Below, piece after piece: positions 32,021 through 32,614 of a stretch of 32,614 nucleotides of DNA (positions are counted from its first letter, which is position 1; the number at the start of each line of letters is the position of its first letter). Source of the DNA: Selaginella moellendorffii. Its lineage: Eukaryota > Plantae > Lycopodiophyta. The DNA lies in contig NW_003314490.1 in assembly GCF_000143415.4 (NCBI RefSeq), forward strand, positions 1 to 32,614, given 5' to 3'. Made by a program: the position numbers and the translations under genes. The notes under the pieces were generated by a model. The model searched no databases, was not told the origin of the DNA, and was given only the letters and a program-made list of their open reading frames with translations.

Positions 32021-32614
32021 ATGGCCTTCAGGGTTGGGGAAAAGGTTTACATTTTGAATGGTGGGAAGAGAGTTGCAAAAGGGACCCTTGTGTCTATGGA
32101 TCGGAACTTTGTTATACACTGTCAAAGGCTTGGGGAAGGCAATGCTGCTGTATCAGTAGAGACTGTCTTCGATGGGAATGTGGTTGCTATTGAATGAGGA
32201 GAGATGGTCGTCGGGGTAAATGTTGTTGTTGCCTTGAAAAATCTGCAGAAGAAAGCAGATGTTGGGGACAGCGCAAGTGCGACGCATGTTCCCTCCGTGG
32301 ATCTTAAGAACCGTGTTACATGGATTCAGGCAAAGGTGTTTCTAAACAACCCCGAGGGGGAGGTGGTAGCTGAGGGCTTAGCCATAATTGTCGATCCAAG
32401 AGATGCGGTTGCTAATCAAGAATTGGGCTGGGATGATGTTGGAGTTGCAATTTTAGAGGTTGTTGACACAGAAGAAAACAGTCTGACTATTGGAAGCATT
32501 GTGCGGTGGAAATTGAGGCATTTAGTGTTTGAGAATGTGAAGGATTCACAATCAAACACCACTACAACTGATGACAGAACATCTCTTCATGGGAAAAGAA
32601 AGTACACCTTCCTA
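32021..32614 (+). pseudogene. TNP1/En-Spm (DUF8039-like) domain protein with two tandem domains; runs off the window
   Basis: KVYILNGGKRVAKGTLV..IHCQRLGEGNAAVSVETVFD, in-frame TGA 32195, then KVFLNNPEGEVVAEG..DP..ELGWDDVGVAILEV..IGSIVRW. Confidence 0.5.

Overview
Left chromosome end of a land plant, with (CCCTAAA)n telomere repeats and very short 45-60 bp introns; the overall style suggests the lycophyte Selaginella (inference). Two N-gaps: 236-1046 and 31533-31632. From the tip inward: (1) telomere; (2) a 5'-truncated, endonuclease-less Penelope-like retroelement carrying a hammerhead ribozyme, with telomeric tracts on both sides; (3) a hairpin-repeat array followed by a pseudogenised ParB-like gene; (4) a patchwork of Gypsy pol, LINE ORF1/APE and MiAMP1-like fragments; (5) a Crinkler-type REase-kinase gene; (6) a non-autonomous hAT; (7) an unknown gene fused to an antisense duplicated fragment; (8) a large minus-strand gene that, spliced by hand, joins a ParB-like domain, a possible degenerate DNA amino-methyltransferase-like fold, a long disordered linker and an FCP1/NIF-type HAD phosphatase (~1,640 aa); (9) a divergent TNP1/DUF8039-like gene. 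About 20 copies of a 22-bp palindrome (ATGGCATGAGGCCTCATGCCAT consensus) are scattered through and around the ParB-like gene, many inside its tiny introns. The ParB-like gene plus palindrome arrangement, seen twice in the window, is the best candidate for an undescribed system. All domain calls are by eye.
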